In this document: one piece after another, positions 1 through 11,500 of the stretch
Layout: each line of letters starts with the position of its first letter
How positions within the stretch are numbered: the first letter of the stretch is position 1
Origin: Candidatus Woesebacteria bacterium
Lineage (GTDB): Bacteria; Patescibacteriota; Microgenomatia; UBA10105; UBA927
Reading direction: 5' to 3'
Length of the DNA: 64,000 bases
NCBI GenBank assembly: GCA_044223895.1
Contig: JBGALL010000002.1
Span: 704 to 64,703 of the forward strand
Position numbers and translations under genes: made by a program
The notes under the pieces: model-generated
Database searches by the model: none
Told to the model about the DNA's origin: nothing
Seen by the model: the letters and a program-made list of their open reading frames with translations, nothing else

Positions 1-422
1 AGCCAGGTATTATCATTACCTAAAGGAATACACGTCTCGATTAAATGGTCCATATTCATTGTTAAATTCTTAGCTATTATTTCCCCTTTGTCACCATTGA
101 TTGTTTGAAAGATAGCCAGATGCAATATCCCGTATCGAGTATCTTTCTTTACTGTTTGTACACCTGAATCAAGGGTTTCTCCTCCATATAATGCATGAGT
201 CATATAGGAAATTCGATCCATCGCAGTTCTGACTTGCTGAAGTGTGTAGATTCCAACGTGACTTAAATCACTTTCACCCATCAATGACTGTTCATTACTG
301 AGGACAACTACTCGCAGTATTTCTTTGGCAGTATCAAGAGGCATTAACTCGGGAATAATATCCCTTGTAGAATCAGCTCTCTGTTCTATTTGTTTCATTG
401 GGGAATTATAGCAGACAAGATC

Positions 423-2114
423 TCATCTTCCCGCTTTTTGTAAGACTACTATCCCCGATTCATTTACCGCTACTATATATTCTTTACTTTTTACGAGCCC
501 TTCTAGTTTAGACTTTACTGTATCTAAATCGGTAAAAACGGTGGCTATCTGGGTATCATAAATGATTATGTCTTGTCCTGAGGGAACGTTTGGCCAAGGG
601 GTAATTTTTTGAAACGGTTTATTTACGTGTGGCGCTATGATGTATTGTGCTCCGATAGTATAGTCATCAGGTATATCATGAATAACACTATTCAACAATC
701 GTATGTGTTCTCCTGAGGGGGAATGAATATTCCCAAATTTAAGTGTTTTATCGGTATCTGTTGGTGAAGGTAAGGCAATAATTGAAAAGGTTGCACATCC
801 GTAGAGAACATTGGAGAAAAACGCTACATAGCTTATAACCGACCCTAATAAAATGGAGATATGTTTTAGATCTCTGGCTAATTTCTTTTGGAGAAAGCGG
901 AGAGATTCGATGGTCGCCACCATCAATACTCCGGTAATTGCCGCCGTATAGTGCGTCCCATTGTCTGCAGCTAATCCCGAATTTAATAATTTTTCCAAAA
1001 GTGATGGAATAACTATAATTAGTGATGGTGGAAAGAAAAAAGGTACAAATGAAAAGGCCCCAAACAAGGTTAGTATGGTATTTATTTTCGTTTCAGGAGT
1101 TATCAAATTGCTGATAAATCCTATTGGATGAAACAGGCTGTATTTTACCAAACCCATAATTCCCGATCCCTCGGATGAAGGATATCTATCCCAATATATG
1201 AACCCGTGCCCAGGATTAAAGTAAGGGAAGATATATTGAAAACAAAGGATATACCACAACACGCCGGAGAGTATCGTTGGTATGGCAATTTTGAAATCTC
1301 GTTTTACCAAGACCAGATATAGCCCCCAAAAGATCATGATAAAAGCAACCTCTTCTTTTACAAACAAACTTAACAATACAAAAACAAAATAGACCACTGG
1401 CTTCTGACGGATATACCAATAATACATCCAGATAAATATTGGTGGAAGAAATAGGATGGGATGAAATCCGTAACTATAGCCAACCTGTAGGCCTCCTATG
1501 GCTATATATGCCGTGGCAACTGCCAGGCCGATACTTTTAGATTTACAAAGATGTGAACCCGCGAGATAGGCAGGAATTGCCCCGCTGATGGCAACTGCAG
1601 CTTGAATGACAACCAAGACTCCAGCATTGTGAATGATCCAATATATCGGAACGATAAACAATAAAATTGGTTCGAAGTGATCGTACCACACGGGATTTGT
1701 CGGCATATCCCAGACATAAGGTAGTTTAAATTGAGATACCTGCCAAATGAGATGATGATAATAGGAAAGATCTACCGATTCAAAGATGTAATGGGAGTAG
1801 GCATAATAGACAATTGTTGTTAGTGTAAAACCATATATGACTAACAAGATAAACCAAGCGTTAAGAAGAAATTTTTTGAACTTAGTTGATAATTGTTGAT
1901 GAGCAAAATACACAAATATACTAAAAAGTAATCCAGAAATAATTATCAGCACATAGTTCGTTGCCGTTGTATGAATTGGTATTAACTCTGGTCGGTACGA
2001 ATAGACATATAAAAACACAAATGGGAACAAGAAAAAAAAGATAGTCAGAGGGATAAGACCAAACAAAAATTGAGCCCAGGTAATGAATTTAATGGTTTTC
2101 TGCATAGATACCAC
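423..2114 (-). CDS. polytopic integral membrane protein (>=10 TM helices) with extracytoplasmic C-terminal domain; DUF2079/GT-C-like, probable glycan-related
   Basis: 563-aa ORF, hydrophobic helices throughout N-terminal 420 aa, soluble C-terminal ~120 aa; divergent with GH125 gene. Confidence 0.5.
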   Translation of the reverse strand: MVSMQKTIKFITWAQFLFGLIPLTIFFFLFPFVFLYVYSYRPELIPIHTTATNYVLIIISGLLFSIFVYFAHQQLSTKFKKFLLNAWFILLVIYGFTLTTIVYYAYSHYIFESVDLSYYHHLIWQVSQFKLPYVWDMPTNPVWYDHFEPILLFIVPIYWIIHNAGVLVVIQAAVAISGAIPAYLAGSHLCKSKSIGLAVATAYIAIGGLQVGYSYGFHPILFLPPIFIWMYYWYIRQKPVVYFVFVLLSLFVKEEVAFIMIFWGLYLVLVKRDFKIAIPTILSGVLWYILCFQYIFPYFNPGHGFIYWDRYPSSEGSGIMGLVKYSLFHPIGFISNLITPETKINTILTLFGAFSFVPFFFPPSLIIVIPSLLEKLLNSGLAADNGTHYTAAITGVLMVATIESLRFLQKKLARDLKHISILLGSVISYVAFFSNVLYGCATFSIIALPSPTDTDKTLKFGNIHSPSGEHIRLLNSVIHDIPDDYTIGAQYIIAPHVNKPFQKITPWPNVPSGQDIIIYDTQIATVFTDLDTVKSKLEGLVKSKEYIVAVNESGIVVLQKAGR

Positions 2115-2138
2115 TTTTTATTCTATACTAATTACTGC

Positions 2139-3485
2139 ATGCCCTACAGAACTCTTGATTCAATTCAACAATTTCATCATCTACATACTCGTCCGCAACC
2201 AGATCAGCGGTTATTCACTAGCTCACGGATAGAAGAAATTATTACTACTATTGCTGCAGATATTCATGATGAAGATCTACGAAGAATGTTTGTCCAGTGT
2301 TTTCCAAACTGTTTAGATACTACTGTCTATTATGAAGAAAATGAACAAGGAATAAAGGATACTTTTGTAGTAACCGGAGATATCCCAGCCATGTGGCTAC
2401 GCGATTCCACTAACCAGGTGTGGCCGTATTTGTACTACATAAATGAAGATGTCGAGCTGCGAAATATGTTCATCGGTTTGATTAACCGTCAAACTCGATG
2501 CATTATATCTGATCCCTACGCAAATGCCTTTGAAAAAGATATTAGCGTGTGGGAGCGAAAGTATGAATTGGATAGTCTGTGTGCTTTTTTTCGACTTTCT
2601 GATGGATATTATAAAAAGACTCATGATCTCTCTCCGTTTGGCGAAGATTGGATTCACGCTATCAACAAAGCCTTACAAGTAATTCAGTTAGAACAAAATA
2701 CGCTTAACAAAGATAATCGGGAGTTATTATTTGATTTCCGAACCAAATCTGGTCATCATCACCCAGCCATACGAATGAATGGCTATGGATATCCGGGTAA
2801 ACGCTGTGGATTATCCAGATGTGTGTTCCGACCTTCTGATGATGAAACGGTCTTTCCATATCTCATTCCAGCAAATGCGATGGCAGTAGTGGGTTTGAAA
2901 AACATTGCTGAAATTTTGGAAAAAAATTCAGCTTTAGAAAGTTCAAAACTAGCCAGACATGTAGCCGCACAAATACAAAAAGGAATAGAAGACTGGGGTA
3001 TTATCACTCACAAAAAATACGGTACTATCTATGCCTTTGAAGTGGACGGTTGTGGTTCTTCGTGTGTTATGGATGACCCAAACATTCCCAGCTTACTCAG
3101 TCTTCCCTATCTTGGATATTGCTCAGTGGCTGATCCAATTTACCAGCAAACGCGAAAATTTATTCTCAGTGATGATAATCCATTTTTTGCCAAAGGTTCA
3201 GCCGCGTCCGGGGTAACCTCTCCCCATGTGGGTACACGAGATAAATTTTGGCCTATGGCAACTATAATGCAGGCCTTTACTTCTACTGATCTAGAAGAAA
3301 TCATTTCTTGTGTTCGCCAGTTGAAATCAACCCATGGCAATACCTTTTTCATTCACGAGAGTGTAGATGTTGATGACCCACACAAATATAGTCGATCTTG
3401 GTTTTCTTGGGCAAACTCATTGTTTGGAGAGCTTATCGTACAAATTCATGCCAAAGTCCCAGAAATATTGCATAGAGAATTCTAG
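2139..3485 (+). CDS. glycoside hydrolase family 125 (metal-independent exo-alpha-1,6-mannosidase-like, DUF1237)
   Basis: [11 protein letters not shown] motif and (alpha/alpha)6-type length; ORF track start 2070 overlaps upstream gene, internal ATG at 2139 (MPYRTL) preferred. Confidence 0.7.
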   Translation: MPYRTLDSIQQFHHLHTRPQPDQRLFTSSRIEEIITTIAADIHDEDLRRMFVQCFPNCLDTTVYYEENEQGIKDTFVVTGDIPAMWLRDSTNQVWPYLYYINEDVELRNMFIGLINRQTRCIISDPYANAFEKDISVWERKYELDSLCAFFRLSDGYYKKTHDLSPFGEDWIHAINKALQVIQLEQNTLNKDNRELLFDFRTKSGHHHPAIRMNGYGYPGKRCGLSRCVFRPSDDETVFPYLIPANAMAVVGLKNIAEILEKNSALESSKLARHVAAQIQKGIEDWGIITHKKYGTIYAFEVDGCGSSCVMDDPNIPSLLSLPYLGYCSVADPIYQQTRKFILSDDNPFFAKGSAASGVTSPHVGTRDKFWPMATIMQAFTSTDLEEIISCVRQLKSTHGNTFFIHESVDVDDPHKYSRSWFSWANSLFGELIVQIHAKVPEILHREF

Positions 3486-3498
3486 CTCAACAGTGAGA

Positions 3499-3526
3499 TT
3501 GTATTTTTTGTCTAAACACTTATACT
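3499..3526 (+). promoter_or_regulatory. candidate sigma70-like promoter (TTGTAT-16 nt-TATACT) 12 nt upstream of ATG 3539; near-leaderless
   Basis: hexamers read directly; no SD before ATG. Confidence 0.3.
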
Positions 3527-3538
3527 CATTACATTAAT

Positions 3539-4642
3539 ATGTATGCCTTAATAGTTGGTAAATTAGGATATTTCCTTTCGGATTTCGGAGGGTATCTAGT
3601 TTTCTTCGCGATCTCACTATTTATATTTGTTGTTGGAATATATAAAACCTTCAAAAATAAGTATTCGGAAAAAAGAAAAGAAATGTTAGTCACTGGACTA
3701 TTTACGTTTATCGCAGTGGTATCGATCTTTACCTTTTGTGAAGCCTTCTTTCGATATCGATATGATCAAACTGATGGATTGGGTTTTCTCAAGGTGAGTA
3801 AGCGTTGGAATGATCGTCATGTCAGATACAACAACATGATTTACCGTGATGACAAGAATTATGAAATAGATAAACCAGCTGGGGTTACCCGGATTGGTGT
3901 CTTTGGAGATTCATTAACCTTTGCGCAGGGAATAAAAAATGTTTCAGATAGATACTCTAATCAATTGGAAACTATGTTGAAACAGAATGGTAAAAATGTT
4001 CAAGTGTATAACTTTGGTATTTCTGGACAAGATACCTGTGAAGAGATAAATCAGTTTAGAAAGTTAGAATATATCCCCATGGATATCATTATCTGGCAAT
4101 ATTATTTCAATGATATCCAGCCCTGTAATGATCAAAGTACCGGTACACGAATCATGCATAATACTCTTGGTCAAATTAGCCCGGTAATTCGATACTTGTC
4201 AAATGTTTCATTCTTTTTTGATTATATGTATTGGCGACTTACTCCGAATCATGATGCCATCTATCATATGTTACGCAATGCTGATCTGGCTCAATATGAT
4301 ACCAAGAGTATTTTTGATCAACATGTCATTGATATTGCTACCTTATCAGGTCAGATGAAACACGAGGGAGTGAAAGAAGGGAATCCTCCTCGTAAAGTTA
4401 TTGCCATCGCCTTTCCATTATTAAATTTGTTCGACAAAAACTACCCAGGTGCTGATGTTCAAAAAAAGATGGTTGCAGTCTTAGCAGCCCAAGATATGGA
4501 AGTTATTGATATGTATCCCTTTTTAAAAGATAAGAAGCGTGAAGACTTGGTAGTGGGACACTTTGATAGTCATCCTAATGAATATGTGAATAAAATTGCT
4601 GCAGAAAAACTTGAAGAGAAAATTCTTCCTCTCCTTCCCTAA
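3539..4642 (+). CDS. SGNH/GDSL-family hydrolase (esterase/lipase), N-terminal membrane anchor
   Basis: GDSLTF block I motif after two N-terminal TM helices; 367 aa. Confidence 0.7.
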   Translation: MYALIVGKLGYFLSDFGGYLVFFAISLFIFVVGIYKTFKNKYSEKRKEMLVTGLFTFIAVVSIFTFCEAFFRYRYDQTDGLGFLKVSKRWNDRHVRYNNMIYRDDKNYEIDKPAGVTRIGVFGDSLTFAQGIKNVSDRYSNQLETMLKQNGKNVQVYNFGISGQDTCEEINQFRKLEYIPMDIIIWQYYFNDIQPCNDQSTGTRIMHNTLGQISPVIRYLSNVSFFFDYMYWRLTPNHDAIYHMLRNADLAQYDTKSIFDQHVIDIATLSGQMKHEGVKEGNPPRKVIAIAFPLLNLFDKNYPGADVQKKMVAVLAAQDMEVIDMYPFLKDKKREDLVVGHFDSHPNEYVNKIAAEKLEEKILPLLP

Positions 4643-4647
4643 GCTCT

Positions 4648-6327
4648 TTAGACTATTTCATCTTTTTTACTGCGGATAAAGCGGAACCATTCTTCCATAA
4701 ATTCAAATACTACTTTCAAAGGAGCTTCTAAGACGAAATCAAATACAAACATAATCACATTTAATTTAGCGATTTCTCCCGATAACGCTCGACCGACACT
4801 GAGAATAGGAATAAAGAAGAAATCTATAATTGGACTCAGGATGCCCGAGCGTTCAACTATTTGATATTCTTTGGCAGAGAGACGAATTCGATATGCAAAG
4901 AAACTTACCAAGGTTACAAAGAAGATAAATATTATCTGACTAGCAATATTGAAGTGTAATCGAGTTAAGATATATGAGATAAATCCGAATGATAGTAAGA
5001 AAGCGACTAAATATAATATCGAAAATACAGCGGTCATCACTGGCTTCCTGACAACCTGATGAGGAACGAAGTTTCCTGTTTCATTGTTTAGATCATCAAA
5101 TTTATAAAAGATGGCTTTAATTCTTCCAATTAACCTGGCAGTATTATCTGTTCCTGGAACTCGTATAAAACCGGCGATTAAAAATAATAAGAAGGGTGGA
5201 AATAATGAGTTAATTCCTATGGCTAAATAATCAATCCGTTTGGTGATGAATATATCTACAGGAGCTTCTAGAGCGAGAGCAAATACCATCTTAGTCATGA
5301 ATATGTAGATAATACTTCTGACCACTGCACGACGAACTTTGGTGCCAATTTCGTGATATCTCTTTGTCGCTAAGCTAGTCAGGGTTTGTTCCAAATCTCC
5401 TTCGTTTTCGATGACACTTCGTGCGTGTCTGCCTTGTTCCAAGAGGAAATCACGAATTAACAAGAATGGAGGATTATTTTTCCTGACAAATCTGTAGAGT
5501 GGATCACTCAAGGGATCTTTGAGAGCTTTTTCGATAAGTTGAATATTGTCGATAAGTTCATCAATCTGGGTATTTACACTATGTGAATCAACCGTTAACC
5601 AAGCAGGTTGTATAAGTTTGATGAGATGATAAATGATTAAAGGATTATCCGCTTGCGCATATCCTCTCTCTACAGCTATATAAATAAGGATGTTTAAAGT
5701 CTTTTCATCGGTATTCGGTATAGTAATTTTCGGTAACAGAGCCTGAAAATAGAAATTATTTAGTGCTTCACGTTTTTTGGCAGGAACTATAGCTTCTTCT
5801 ATCTCTGCAGAAAGTATTCCCAACAAGGTGTCCCAGCTTATGGTATGAACCTTGTTTTTGCCGTTATAGAGTCCGAATTTAATAACTAAATATTTGTCGA
5901 TGATTTGTTGTACTTGTTGGACCTTTCCGTCGTCAATTTGGCTTGAATCTATATATCGCGCCCACAATAACTCTACAATGACATTTTCTCCCATATTATT
6001 GGTCGTTCCACCAAGAATAATCCGTCGTTTGAGTATGCGTTCTATAGCAGCCCTACGGATTAAATGTTCTGCTCGAAATTCGACAGCATTTCTGGCTTTT
6101 TCATACAACGCCGCCAGAAGGGAAACGGTTCTACTTACCTGATATTTCGAACCATCTCGGTAGCTGGAATAATCCTCCTCAAAAACTTCTAATAATGCTT
6201 TCACAAAGGGAGAGAGTGTTTGGGAATCATGAGTAGGACCAGAATTATGAAAAGACATGGTTGGTGCTGGTTGGGGTGCGTGTTCCGAGGAAGAATGATT
6301 GTCTGTATGGGAGGAATGATCGCTCAT
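4648..6327 (-). CDS. hypothetical protein: ~330-aa cytoplasmic N-terminal domain + C-terminal 5-6 TM helices; downstream partner of receiver-only response regulator
   Basis: 559-aa ORF, His/Ser-rich N-terminus, C-terminal hydrophobic segments; 36-nt gap to RR gene on same strand. Confidence 0.45.
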   Translation of the reverse strand: MSDHSSHTDNHSSSEHAPQPAPTMSFHNSGPTHDSQTLSPFVKALLEVFEEDYSSYRDGSKYQVSRTVSLLAALYEKARNAVEFRAEHLIRRAAIERILKRRIILGGTTNNMGENVIVELLWARYIDSSQIDDGKVQQVQQIIDKYLVIKFGLYNGKNKVHTISWDTLLGILSAEIEEAIVPAKKREALNNFYFQALLPKITIPNTDEKTLNILIYIAVERGYAQADNPLIIYHLIKLIQPAWLTVDSHSVNTQIDELIDNIQLIEKALKDPLSDPLYRFVRKNNPPFLLIRDFLLEQGRHARSVIENEGDLEQTLTSLATKRYHEIGTKVRRAVVRSIIYIFMTKMVFALALEAPVDIFITKRIDYLAIGINSLFPPFLLFLIAGFIRVPGTDNTARLIGRIKAIFYKFDDLNNETGNFVPHQVVRKPVMTAVFSILYLVAFLLSFGFISYILTRLHFNIASQIIFIFFVTLVSFFAYRIRLSAKEYQIVERSGILSPIIDFFFIPILSVGRALSGEIAKLNVIMFVFDFVLEAPLKVVFEFMEEWFRFIRSKKDEIV

Positions 6328-6363
6328 AGATATACTTGATTATATCATTCTAAGCTATTTAAT

Positions 6364-6741
6364 TCATGTATTGGCGGGCTGCTGGAGGTGGGTAGCTATT
6401 TTATCAACCAGGGTATGAAGTTCCATTTGTGCTTTAAAGAAATAATCGATAGCCCCATAATCGAAGGCTGTTTGCTTCTCACTATCGAGATTGGTGAGGA
6501 CTATAACCGGTACTTTTTTTAACTTTTCGTCTCGTTTTAATTGTTGCAAAATATCGAAACCATTCATACCGCCAGGAAGCATAATATCTAAGAGCAGTAA
6601 ATCAACGGGTTTTTGGCTGAATAATCTCATTCCTTCTGGACCAGTTGCTGCAGAGGAGACTTCGTATCCGTGCTGGGTGAGCACTTGAGTGTAGACTTTT
6701 CGGAGAGTTTCATCATCTTCGATGATGAGAATGTGTGCCAT
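6364..6741 (-). CDS. single-domain response regulator (CheY-like receiver)
   Basis: IIEDD...LLLLDIMLPG...VIVLTN receiver motifs (phospho-Asp in LLDIMLP context); 125 aa. Confidence 0.8.
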   Translation of the reverse strand: MAHILIIEDDETLRKVYTQVLTQHGYEVSSAATGPEGMRLFSQKPVDLLLLDIMLPGGMNGFDILQQLKRDEKLKKVPVIVLTNLDSEKQTAFDYGAIDYFFKAQMELHTLVDKIATHLQQPANT

Positions 6742-6835
6742 ACTTGTATGGTACTAAGATTGGATTGAGGATACAACAAGCTATTGTCCAACGGGTAAGA
6801 GAGGGGTTCAGAAAATCTACTCTTCGGATAGTTGG

Positions 6836-8074
6836 TTAAGGCGAATACTGTGTGAGCCAAACTACATAATCAGCCCCATCCACTCTCCCACTGTTATTAA
6901 AATCACCACTGAGCCTACCATTGGTGACCGACTGTTGATAATGATTAAACCAAATAATATAGTCTCCGCCATTCGTTTTTCCATCACCATTGGCATCTCC
7001 TGGACTGATTGCTGGCGTAGAAGTTGAAGCAATTGTTGGTCCAGTAGTGGTAAGGTGTTTTTGTAAAATGGTCATCTGAGGACCATCATAATATTGTTTT
7101 TGGAGATTACAAAAAGGACCTAAACTGTTTATGTCGCCATAGGGACCACCAGCCCAATAGGCACCAGAAATATTATTTTGATCTAGATATGTTAAAAAGT
7201 TATCCAATACTGTGAGCCAACGTGAATCTTTGTTCGTTCCTCCGTCATAATTACAACTTTGATCTCCTGATTTCCATCCTCCAGGAATACCATACTCACC
7301 CGCAAAACATTTTTGATTATTGGTCTTACACCAATTTACAAAGCCTTGAGCACGCTCTACTCCCAAATTTAGGCTATTGTTGGGAACATCGTATCCATTG
7401 ACGTATTGGCCATTCGGCGGGGTGTCAAAATAAAAATGGGCTTCGTATATTAAGTTATTTGCAGGATCTTGCATCGGTAAGCCTGAGAGATGAGAGGTAA
7501 AATAATGTCCATATCCACCGGTAGAAGTAGGAACAAAAATTGGATGAACCATATCAACCGTTCGGATAGTCGCAATTACCGAGGGGGCAATTTGCAAATT
7601 CCAACTGTCACCCATATTTGGTTCGTTTATCAAATCATAACCGGCAATAGCGGTTTCATTTTTGTAATGAGTGGCTACTTTCATCCACATATCGTTAAAT
7701 GCTGCCTGAGGAACGGCAGTAGTGTTAACATCCTGACCTTTGTATCTCCCAGGAAGTGGAACGAAGAGGATTTGTTGACCTCGAGTTTTTGCGGCCGAGA
7801 CCAAGGCATCCATTTTTGCTAAATAGGTTGCATCAAGAGGACCATTTAAACTGGGTTGTAAATGTTCCCAGGCAAATCCTACCCGAAAAGTATTAAGACC
7901 GTTAGCCTTGAAGTAATCTAGCACTGCCGGAGGTGCAAAGGTATCTACCCCTCCATACAAGCCCTGCCACCCCCCAAATAAATTCACACCACGAAAATAG
8001 TTGGCTGCAACGACATGTTGTGCTGAATTGAATAAGAGAAAAGAAGTAACGACAAGAGTAAAAAACTTTTTCAA
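6836..8074 (-). CDS. secreted GH5-family glycoside hydrolase (cellulase/mannanase clan GH-A) with C-terminal type-I dockerin module
   Basis: signal peptide; DLINEP acid/base and FAGEYG nucleophile motifs; C-terminus GDANGDGKTNGGDYIIW...GDFNNSGRVDGADYVVW duplicated Ca-binding dockerin segments. Confidence 0.8.
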   Translation of the reverse strand: MKKFFTLVVTSFLLFNSAQHVVAANYFRGVNLFGGWQGLYGGVDTFAPPAVLDYFKANGLNTFRVGFAWEHLQPSLNGPLDATYLAKMDALVSAAKTRGQQILFVPLPGRYKGQDVNTTAVPQAAFNDMWMKVATHYKNETAIAGYDLINEPNMGDSWNLQIAPSVIATIRTVDMVHPIFVPTSTGGYGHYFTSHLSGLPMQDPANNLIYEAHFYFDTPPNGQYVNGYDVPNNSLNLGVERAQGFVNWCKTNNQKCFAGEYGIPGGWKSGDQSCNYDGGTNKDSRWLTVLDNFLTYLDQNNISGAYWAGGPYGDINSLGPFCNLQKQYYDGPQMTILQKHLTTTGPTIASTSTPAISPGDANGDGKTNGGDYIIWFNHYQQSVTNGRLSGDFNNSGRVDGADYVVWLTQYSP

Positions 8075-8124
8075 CTAGGTCTAGCTTAATATCTTTATCA
8101 AAATGTGTAAACCTCTGTAGATTA

Positions 8125-8547
8125 TTATAAATCTTTATTTAAAAACTTGAGTTTTTTGGGAAGTTTCATTTTAGATTTGGGAGAGGTAAATTTACTTTTT
8201 GATCCATACCATAATAGAACATATAGGGCTTGCATTATTATTGGAAGGACATACAAAGGTTGATGGTTTTGATACTGTTTTATCAGTGGTAATAATCCAA
8301 TAATTACACCACAAAACTGTAATCCAGTAATCAATGTCCAATCATCTTTATATTGAGTTTTGAAAATACTAACAACCACATAATAAAGAAACAAAACTCT
8401 GAAAATTAGAAAAAGAATGGTTTGTGCTGATGGAGCGGAAGACAATGTAGCTATTATATTGATCAGATTTATTACCACCACTAGAACTGTTGAAATTTTC
8501 AACAACCTAAAGACTGCATCAGTTAAGTCCAAATGTGTTTTTTTCAT
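8125..8547 (-). CDS. hypothetical small membrane protein (4 TM)
   Basis: 140-aa ORF, hydrophobic helices. Confidence 0.4.
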   Translation of the reverse strand: MKKTHLDLTDAVFRLLKISTVLVVVINLINIIATLSSAPSAQTILFLIFRVLFLYYVVVSIFKTQYKDDWTLITGLQFCGVIIGLLPLIKQYQNHQPLYVLPIIMQALYVLLWYGSKSKFTSPKSKMKLPKKLKFLNKDL

Positions 8548-8588
8548 ACAATTAATTATACGCTTTTCACCGAAGACTATCTTAAATG

Positions 8589-11500
8589 TTAATTTTGTAG
8601 AGAATCATAATGTATTACTTCAGCATATTGTTCTAATATCAGCAGGGCGCGTTTTAAATCACGTTTTATCCAGGTCATATCTTTATATGTAGTTTCGTTT
8701 GCGAGTGCGTAACAATCAAAAGCCCCTTTTTTCCCTTCAAAACCAAAAAAATTTTCAACCACACTGAATCGATTATTATTTCCTTTTTCTCTAATGTAAT
8801 GGGTGTAAATATCTCTAATCCGTTGAACACTTAAGGCAGGATATTGAGTATCTACACATTCGTCAAAAAATTCTTCACCAAGTAATTCCCACAATTTTAG
8901 TTTTGCTTCGACGATACCTTTTACTACTATATTGGTATCACCTGTTTTAAAATATTCTTTATGGATTTGCCAGGGAGATTTTTTCAGAAATATATTTTGA
9001 AATGCATAAAATTGTTGTTTATCAGATAAGCTGGGTACAGAATTCTTCATAAGTTCGTAATAGATTTTTTCCGATTGAGGATTTTGATGAATCAGGTGGG
9101 ATATCCATTCTATAGTCCTTTTGGTATCTGGATTGATATTGATTTTCTGATCATTGGAATCTTTGCGAGAATTTTGTTCTCCAAATTTAATTTCTAAAAT
9201 AATCGATTGAAATATATTGGAAGGTTCCACATAAAAGACTGCATCAACAATTGCCTGATATTTTTTGACACGGGACAATAAACGTTTAATAATCCGTTCA
9301 TCATAGGTTCCTTTTTCTCGATTTAATAAATCTCCTAAAACCATAGGAATATGGATGTGAACATCGTGAGTTTGGCCGAAACGGTGGATGCGATCGATTG
9401 CTTGAAGTAGTCGTGCAGCAGTGTCAGGAGCAACGAATAAGATAACTTCTGTTGCATTATTGTCTGGGGAACTGAGGGTGATTGACTCTCCGGCTGTTTT
9501 GTAGTTCCCAATCAGGACAGATAACGATCTATCAGTTGAAACAGGTAGATGAAAGCGATTTTTAATCTCCTCTACTTCCTCTTGGTTCAGGGTGCCATCA
9601 AGAATACCAACATTGTCAATACCAGCTGCCGTTAATATTTGGGAAAGATTGACAGTACTCATTTGACCAGAATGACGTTCACTGTTTACAAATGGTGTAA
9701 AAATTACTACTTTTTTCCCTTCACTGGTAAGTGCCCGAACTTTGTTTATCAACCACTCTTGCTTCAACTCAGATTCCAATCCCAGCATTTCGTAAAAATG
9801 CGCAAAGGTATTATCGGTTGTTCTGGCTATTTCCTCGGCGCGACGAAGAAAATATTGTTGACGAAATTGATCCATTTTTCGTATGTCCAATTGATATATT
9901 TGGGCTGATCTGGATGGTAAATCAGCAACTTCTGACTTTTTTCTGCGGACAACACATGATCTCAACGCATCAAAAACAAATTCTGAAGATTGTTTCAGTT
10001 GACTAATTCTTTCCGCGTTAAATGCATCAGGGCTTATGAGATGAGCCAGTGCGAGAGGTTCGTTTTCATCGAGTACAAATGGGGTAGCTGTAGCTAAATA
10101 AATAGTTATCAAATGTTCTTTGGCAAATTTGTAAATACTGGCTGTCCTTTCGGCAATTCCAAAATTAAGGTTCATCAAATCAATGGATGGTTTCAGTAAT
10201 GAAGGATCCTTGGATTTAATATGATGAGCTTCATCAATTATCAGAATATCAAAACAATCTTCTTGGTCCATAAATTCTCGAAATTTTGGATTTCGAAACA
10301 TGTCTATATTTACTTCTACTATCTGAATTGGTTGTTGAGGATTTTCTATGAATTTTTTAATTTTCGTTACTCGTTGAGATGTATCTATATATATTGTGGG
10401 ATTAATCTGTTCTATAGGGAGCATATGTAGTCGTTGTCGAACTTCTCGTTCCCAAGTTGCTAATACGGATTTGTTACCGACGACCAAAATCCGTCTGGGG
10501 TTTTGTAGGCTTGGTTCTTGCATTTTCAGTCGTTCAATGGCTGTCAGTGCCAGCATGATCGTTTTCCCTAATCCTGGGTCGTCGGTAAGCATGGCTCCTT
10601 CTTCGAATTGACTAATTTTCCAGTAGGCTTCTACTTGATGAAAGAATAAATATTGGCGGTTTCCGTTACTATCTCGGGTTTTAAAATATTCTAACTGGGG
10701 AAATACTGTGGCAACCGTCGAGAAATGATCTGCTAGTTGAATAAGATCTGGAAAACGTTCGAGAAAATCAGAATAGTATTCTACCAAGTGTTCCTTAGCA
10801 GTGCGAGACATAAACTCTACTAATTGATCTGAGGAATAACTGGACTCCATAAACTGATTCCATGATCTACTCATCCGTTTATATAAAGCACTGAACAGTA
10901 TTGGTTGGATAAGTTCATCTTTAAACTGATCCACAAGTTCATTTGCATAGACATTCGTGCCATCTGTTAATAACTGTCCCAAAAAATCACGCAGAACTTC
11001 TACAGTATGTTCTGGTGAAGATTGGAATAATGATTTTTCATCGATGATATCCCTCTCTTCAAATGCGGTTAATTCTTTTTCCCGTTGATTTGCTAAGGTC
11101 GTCATTAGCTGTACCCCGATGTGACCGAATCGGTCATTTGATTGAGCTGCAAGTTGTTTATCTATATAGTGTCCAAATGCAGACAGAACAGTGTTTCTAC
11201 GATCGTATGGTAATACTGGAGCAAATGACAAAATTGTGTCTCGGGCTTGACGAAGTTGTGGATTTTTATCCATGAGTTGGAATACCGTATCTAGTCTGTC
11301 TCGTACCATAGGAATAAATTTATTAAACTCTTGAGGAAATTTATCAATAAGCTCTACCTGAACGAATAGAGGTGTTTCCTGAAAAAAGTATTCAGCGATG
11401 AGTGGTGGATTTTTCAATTGCGACAGTTCATGAGTATTCATGATCTGGGCTATACGCAAACTATGTCCAAGTTCATCGTACAAACTTCCGCAGGGTAGGG

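Noticed and set aside
4648-6327. Histidine kinase identity for the 559-aa membrane protein next to the receiver gene
   Set aside because: No H-box, N, G1 or G2 ATPase motifs can be found. Its topology (cytoplasmic N-terminal domain then C-terminal TM bundle) is unlike sensor kinases.
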